Part shown: positions 59,807-64,000 of the stretch, piece by piece
Position numbering within the stretch: position 1 is the first letter of the stretch
Layout of the letters: each line of letters starts with the position of its first letter
NCBI GenBank assembly: GCA_963804495.1
Contig: CAWDQN010000010.1
Location: 258,265 to 322,264 of the forward strand
DNA: 64,000 nt
Reading direction: 5' to 3'
From: an uncultured Alphaproteobacteria bacterium
Lineage (GTDB): Bacteria > Pseudomonadota > Alphaproteobacteria > Acetobacterales > Acetobacteraceae
Position numbers and translations under genes: made by a program
The notes under the pieces: model-generated
Told to the model about the DNA's origin: nothing
What the model saw: only the letters and a program-made list of their open reading frames with translations
The model's database searches: none

Positions 59807-60883
59807 TCAAGCATGCATCCAGCGCCGGTCGATGTGATCCTTCCAGAACCAGGCCAGCCGGCCCGACAACACGATGCCGTTCCGCCAGGCCACGGCCCTT
59901 CGGTCGCCAAGGCTGAGGATGACCAGCGCATCGCGTTGCGGGCGCCAGCGCCGCAGGGGCTGCCCGGCGAGGGTGCGGCGCAGATTGGCGGCCAGCATCC
60001 GGCCGGCACGCACCGCCCAGACGCCGGCCTTGGGACGGGGATCGCCCTGCAGCGACGCGCAGTCGCCGGCGGCGAAGACGCGCGGGTCGGACAGGCTGCG
60101 CAGCGTGGAGTCCACCCTGACGCAACCGGCCGCGTCGCAGGCCAGGCCGCAGGCGGCGAGGAAATCCGGTCCCACCACGCCGGTGGCCCAGAGTGTGTCC
60201 GCCACCTCGAGCACCCGCCCATCGGACAGGGGCAGGCGGCGATCCTGCATCGGGCCGGCCTCCACCCCGCCGATCCAGTCCACCCCGGCCGCTTGCAGTG
60301 CCCGGCGCACCACCGCGCGCGCCTGGGCTGGCGCGCCGGGAATGGGCATCGCCTCCCGCCCGATGAGGATGATGTGGGCAAGCTCGCGCAGCCGCTGCGC
60401 CAGCGCGAGCGCCAGTTCGGTGCCGCCGGCGCCGGCGCCGACCACGGCGATCCGGTCGCCGGGGGTGAGCCGGGCCTCCAGTGCCGCGAGATGGGCCAGG
60501 AAGCGCCCGATCGGCTTGACCGGGACGCCGCCGCCCGCCGGCATGGCGGGACGGCCGCCGACATCGATGGACAGCAGGTCGAAGCCCAGCGGCGGGCGCC
60601 CGTGAAAGCCCAGGGTGCCGGCGGCGAGGTCGATGCTCCGGGCTTCGGCCAGCACCAGGCGCGCACCGGCGGCGGCGGCGAGCGGGGTGCAATCGATATG
60701 GGCGTCATGGAACCCGTCGTCGCCCCGCAGCAGGCCGGGCAGCATGCCGGAGTAAGGGGTGTGCGACTCTCGCGTAACGAGGGTCAGGCGCGCGCCGTCG
60801 ATGCGGTGCCGGGCGGCATGGCGCAGCACTTCCACATGGGCGTGGCCGGCGCCGAGCAGCACGAGGTGGGTGGAGACGCGCAT
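59807..60883 (-). CDS. FAD/NAD(P)-dependent oxidoreductase resembling the N-terminal module of SelD fusions (NDH-2/AIF-like)
   Basis: LVLLGAGHAH, YSGMLPG, LSIDVG, VVGAGAGGTE, VFAAGDCA, KAGVWAVR, WKDHIDRRW; no SelD domain follows. Confidence 0.85.
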   Translation of the reverse strand: MRVSTHLVLLGAGHAHVEVLRHAARHRIDGARLTLVTRESHTPYSGMLPGLLRGDDGFHDAHIDCTPLAAAAGARLVLAEARSIDLAAGTLGFHGRPPLGFDLLSIDVGGRPAMPAGGGVPVKPIGRFLAHLAALEARLTPGDRIAVVGAGAGGTELALALAQRLRELAHIILIGREAMPIPGAPAQARAVVRRALQAAGVDWIGGVEAGPMQDRRLPLSDGRVLEVADTLWATGVVGPDFLAACGLACDAAGCVRVDSTLRSLSDPRVFAAGDCASLQGDPRPKAGVWAVRAGRMLAANLRRTLAGQPLRRWRPQRDALVILSLGDRRAVAWRNGIVLSGRLAWFWKDHIDRRWMHA

Positions 60884-60965
60884 GGATGGGTGCCTCCGGC
60901 GACGGTCAGGAACCAGGGCCAGGTGCTCTGCTCCTGCTCCCTGTGGTGACACGTGTCTACAGTCG

Positions 60966-60993
60966 CGGGGTCCAGGCAGAGCCCTGGCCTTGC
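60966..60993 (-). repeat. Truncated REP-like repeat (copy 8)
   Basis: GCGGGGTCCAGGCAGAGCCCTGGCCTTGC. Confidence 0.7.
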
Positions 60994-61079
60994 TGACGGG
61001 CGGCGCGGTCCGCGGAGCGGGACTTGGCCAGCCGGACGTGCCGGGCCGGGGGGCGAGTGAACATGTGGAGGGTATAAGG

Positions 61080-61559
61080 ATGATCGATAGGCGCCGCGTG
61101 AGCAGTCGTGCCGGCCGTGTGCTTGCCGTGGTGATGGCGCTGGCCGCACCGACAGTCGCCGCTCAATCGCCCGCTGGGCCCACGTCGCCGGACGACGGCA
61201 ATGGTGCGGCTCCGAACCACCGGCAGCATCGCGGGGGGCAATCGCCCGGGCAGAAAAGACCGGCGGCGCTGCCGGAGGTGAAGGTCACGCCGGATCCCTG
61301 GCCGCGGCTGGATCCGGGAGCGGTATTTTGCCAAACCGCGGAGGATTTGCGCCAGCATCTTGCCGTCGTGGCGGCGCGTCTGGACGGCAACGGCGGCAGC
61401 GTGGCCGAGCCGGCCGGATGCCGACTGATCAGGGCGCCGACGGCGGTGGCGGTGCTGGCGCGCGAAGCTCCCGGACGGACCCAGGTGCGCATGTCCGGCG
61501 CGTCGGCCGAGACCGGATGGACCGATGCGTTCCTGCCGGACAAGGGTGGCAGGCCATGA
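61080..61559 (+). CDS. Exported hypothetical protein
   Basis: Signal-like N-term (RVLAVVMALAAPTVAAQ); small domain PWPRLDPGAVFCQT...GC..., GWTDAFLP with a Cys pair. Confidence 0.7.
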   Translation: MIDRRRVSSRAGRVLAVVMALAAPTVAAQSPAGPTSPDDGNGAAPNHRQHRGGQSPGQKRPAALPEVKVTPDPWPRLDPGAVFCQTAEDLRQHLAVVAARLDGNGGSVAEPAGCRLIRAPTAVAVLAREAPGRTQVRMSGASAETGWTDAFLPDKGGRP

Positions 61560-61571
61560 GAGTTGTCTGTG

Positions 61572-61922
61572 TCAGCGAGCGGGAATGTTGGCGGCAAAAA
61601 CGGTAAATAGCAAACCAATTATCATGACAATGATCGAGGCCATAAACCACCTCAGCGTCTTTTTGTATTCAACGAGCAAAGAATCTCTGACCTGAATGGC
61701 CCGCCACAAGGTAATGATTTCTAGAAATATTGCGCACAATATGATTGTTTCCGCCAAGGCGGATGGCAGCGTCCAATCTCCCACGGCTTCCAAACTCCAG
61801 TATTTGACGAACAACAACGAGAAGCTGATGAATAAGGTGATGGCGGTGATGATCCCTCCCCGATAGCCAGCCGGAAGCTCGTCCTCGACCTTGCCTTTCG
61901 GCGGTTCTGGGCTTGGGTTCAT
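61572..61922 (-). CDS. Small low-GC membrane protein (three predicted TM helices)
   Basis: GYRGGIITAITLFISFSLLF..., three hydrophobic segments; markedly AT-richer than flanks. Confidence 0.7.
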   Translation of the reverse strand: MNPSPEPPKGKVEDELPAGYRGGIITAITLFISFSLLFVKYWSLEAVGDWTLPSALAETIILCAIFLEIITLWRAIQVRDSLLVEYKKTLRWFMASIIVMIIGLLFTVFAANIPAR

Positions 61923-61983
61923 CCGATACATCCTTCCGTCAGACCCGCGTTTCAGCGGGCGGTGTCGTTCGCGGACGAGACGT

Positions 61984-63189
61984 TCAGCCGAGCGGTGCCG
62001 AGCCGGGCCGGCGCAACCGGATGCACCCCCAGGCAATCGCCAGCCCTGCGGCGAGCAATCCAAGCGACAGCAGCGGTTGCAGCACGACGCGCGCCACCGC
62101 GATGGTGGTGAGCGTCACCAGGGCGGCAAGCCCCGCCATCGCCAGGATCGCGGTCACATCCACCACCGTCTCCAGCACCGGCACCACACTGACCAGAACG
62201 GCGAGCGGCCGGACCATCAGCACCAGCCCCACCAGGCACAGCAGGAAGCCGGCGAGTCGCAATGCCCAGGCCACGCCGCGCGCCGCCGCGCGTTCGGCGC
62301 TGACCATGGCGGCCGCACTCGCCACGCCATCCGTGGCGAGCGCCAGCATGCGTCCGTCCGGCGCCGCGAATGCGGCGAGCCGGTCGCCCTGCTGGCCGGC
62401 GATGACGCTCGCGCTGCCGGCCAGGGTCGCGACGAAGCTCACCCGCACATCGCCGACAGCCGGTTGCTGCGGGTCCCGGGCGCGGGTGGGGCCGGAGTCG
62501 CCGTGCTGCCAGCCGGGCGGCAGCGGCGCCGTTTCGGGCAGCAGGACCGGCGCGGTTGGCGCCAGGAGGTCGAGCACCGCCGCGTCGAGATGGTAGGGAC
62601 CCAGCCGCACATCGAGCGCGTCGCTGGTGAGGCCGGCGAGCGGCAGCGGCGGGTTTGCATGGCCGGCGCGGGCGCGGAACGGGCCGGAGTTGATCGCCCG
62701 GTCGGACCAGGTTTTCCGGTACTCATACGTCGTCTGGGTGGTGCTGCCGCCGCCGAGCGATTTCTCCGTCGTGCTGGTCGCGTGCTCCTCCCATTGGAAC
62801 ATCTCGACCCGGCGCTGCAGCCGCACCGCATCCGCGGCGATGACGCCGAACAACGGGTCGCGCGCCGGCGCCGCGGCGGCCAGGCTGCCGGTCAGGTGCA
62901 CCAGCCTGGCTTGCAGCGCCGGGTCGATGCGGGCGGCAGGCGCCTCGACGACCAACCGCGCGGCCAGATCCAGGCTGCCCAGCGCCGCGACCTCGGTGCC
63001 TTCGTTCCAGGACAGCAGCGCGACCGCGGCGCCGACCAGCAGCATGCCGATGACCGAGGCGATGAGGCTGTCGCGAAGCCGCTCCAGCCAGCTGCGCGAG
63101 GTGACGGTGCTGACCTGGTCAGGGGTGGCGCTGTCCGCGCCGCCGGCTGGATCGGCGGAGCCAGGCGGCGTCGTGTCGATGTCGGACAT
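61984..63189 (-). CDS. TMEM43/LUMA family protein
   Basis: SWLERLRDS, LLSWNEG, LVHLTG, LQRRVEMFQWEE, YEYRKTWS, C-terminal TM helices. Confidence 0.88.
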   Translation of the reverse strand: MSDIDTTPPGSADPAGGADSATPDQVSTVTSRSWLERLRDSLIASVIGMLLVGAAVALLSWNEGTEVAALGSLDLAARLVVEAPAARIDPALQARLVHLTGSLAAAAPARDPLFGVIAADAVRLQRRVEMFQWEEHATSTTEKSLGGGSTTQTTYEYRKTWSDRAINSGPFRARAGHANPPLPLAGLTSDALDVRLGPYHLDAAVLDLLAPTAPVLLPETAPLPPGWQHGDSGPTRARDPQQPAVGDVRVSFVATLAGSASVIAGQQGDRLAAFAAPDGRMLALATDGVASAAAMVSAERAAARGVAWALRLAGFLLCLVGLVLMVRPLAVLVSVVPVLETVVDVTAILAMAGLAALVTLTTIAVARVVLQPLLSLGLLAAGLAIAWGCIRLRRPGSAPLG

Positions 63190-63253
63190 CGGAACGTTTT
63201 TCCGGTTGCGGGGTTTGCAGTCCGTTCGGCACCGACCCGCCGGCGCGGGCGCC

Positions 63254-64000
63254 TCAGGCCAGAAACAGCAGCCAGCCGAGCGAGCCGGTGCCGGCGACGA
63301 GGCAGTAATAACCGAATGGGTTGAGCGCCCAGTCCTCATGTTCGCGGAAATACCGCATCAGGAACCAGGTGGACAGAAATGCGGTGGTGCCGGCCACCGC
63401 GGCCGCCGCTGCCGACAGTGCGAACACGCCGGGCGCGACCTGTGCGTGCAGCAGTTTCGGCACCTCCAGCACGGTCGCGCCGATAATAACCGGCGTGGCG
63501 ATCAGGAACGAGAACCGGGCGCTGCCCTCGTGGTCGATGCCGCGCAGCAGGCCGCCGACGATGGTGGCGCCGGAGCGCGAAATGCCGGGCAGCAGCGCGC
63601 CGCACTGCCAGATGCCGATGATCAACGCATCGCGCGCGGTCAGGGTGGCGAGCGGGCGGGTGCCGAGGGCGCGCAGCCGCTCGCCGACCAGCAGCAGAAA
63701 CCCGTTCACGATCAGGAAGCTCGCCGCCACCAGCGGGGAGGCGAACAGGCCGCGCACGAATTTCTCCAGGGCGAAGCCGACGAGGACGGCGGGGATTGTG
63801 GCGATGACGATCAGCACGAAGGACAGCCTGGCATCGTTGACCGACTGGTCGGAGCCGAAGCCGAAGACGCCGCGGGCGAGCCCCCACCAGTCGCGCCAGA
63901 AATAGGCGATCAGTGCCGTGGCCGTGCCGGCGTGCAGCATGACCAGGAACGGCAGGAACGAAGGCGAGCGCTGATCGAGGTTCCAGTGCAGCAGCGCCGG
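63254..64000 (-). CDS. uppP: Undecaprenyl-diphosphate phosphatase (5' end beyond window)
   Basis: HAGT..AL..YF..D, Q..ALLPGISRSGAT, ARFSFLIA.P. Confidence 0.95.
   Translation of the reverse strand, partial: PALLHWNLDQRSPSFLPFLVMLHAGTATALIAYFWRDWWGLARGVFGFGSDQSVNDARLSFVLIVIATIPAVLVGFALEKFVRGLFASPLVAASFLIVNGFLLLVGERLRALGTRPLATLTARDALIIGIWQCGALLPGISRSGATIVGGLLRGIDHEGSARFSFLIATPVIIGATVLEVPKLLHAQVAPGVFALSAAAAAVAGTTAFLSTWFLMRYFREHEDWALNPFGYYCLVAGTGSLGWLLFLA

Noticed and set aside
59742-60692. 477-aa ORF suggesting an extended CrtZ
   Set aside because: The upstream part is an Arg/Pro-rich shadow frame of the oxidoreductase

Overview
High-GC alphaproteobacterial chromosomal window. Gene order (rpsU/def/COQ9, rpsF-rpsR-rplI-cfa-dnaB-alr-mlaEF, fabDG-acpP-fabF) and the repeat family suggest a free-living Acetobacteraceae relative; this is an inference. 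The left ~2.8 kb is a lower-GC accessory patch: RelE/ParE toxin-antitoxin pair, a Xer/dif-like 28-bp site, an uncharacterised TOPRIM-domain protein and an orphan serine resolvase. The rest holds housekeeping genes, a complete Tad/Flp pilus locus flanked by a lytic transglycosylase, a GT87-like membrane glycosyltransferase and a coiled-coil methyltransferase, a cysK/Rrf2/sbp-cysTWA sulfur module, pstSCAB-phoUB, murQ-nagA, HU, cysE, crtY/crtZ, a TMEM43 homolog and uppP. Best leads: (1) a Shethna protein II (FeSII)-like ferredoxin fused to a rubrerythrin/ferritin-like domain behind a sigma54 promoter with a NifA-like upstream site; (2) the dif-like site joining TA and TOPRIM modules; (3) a cysteine-free Rrf2 regulator next to cysK ending in a CysK-binding-type C-terminal Ile; (4) a palindromic repeat translated in-frame in alanine racemase. 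Two single-base insertions (tadA, sbp) may be sequencing errors. Homology calls come from motif recognition only; no searches were run.
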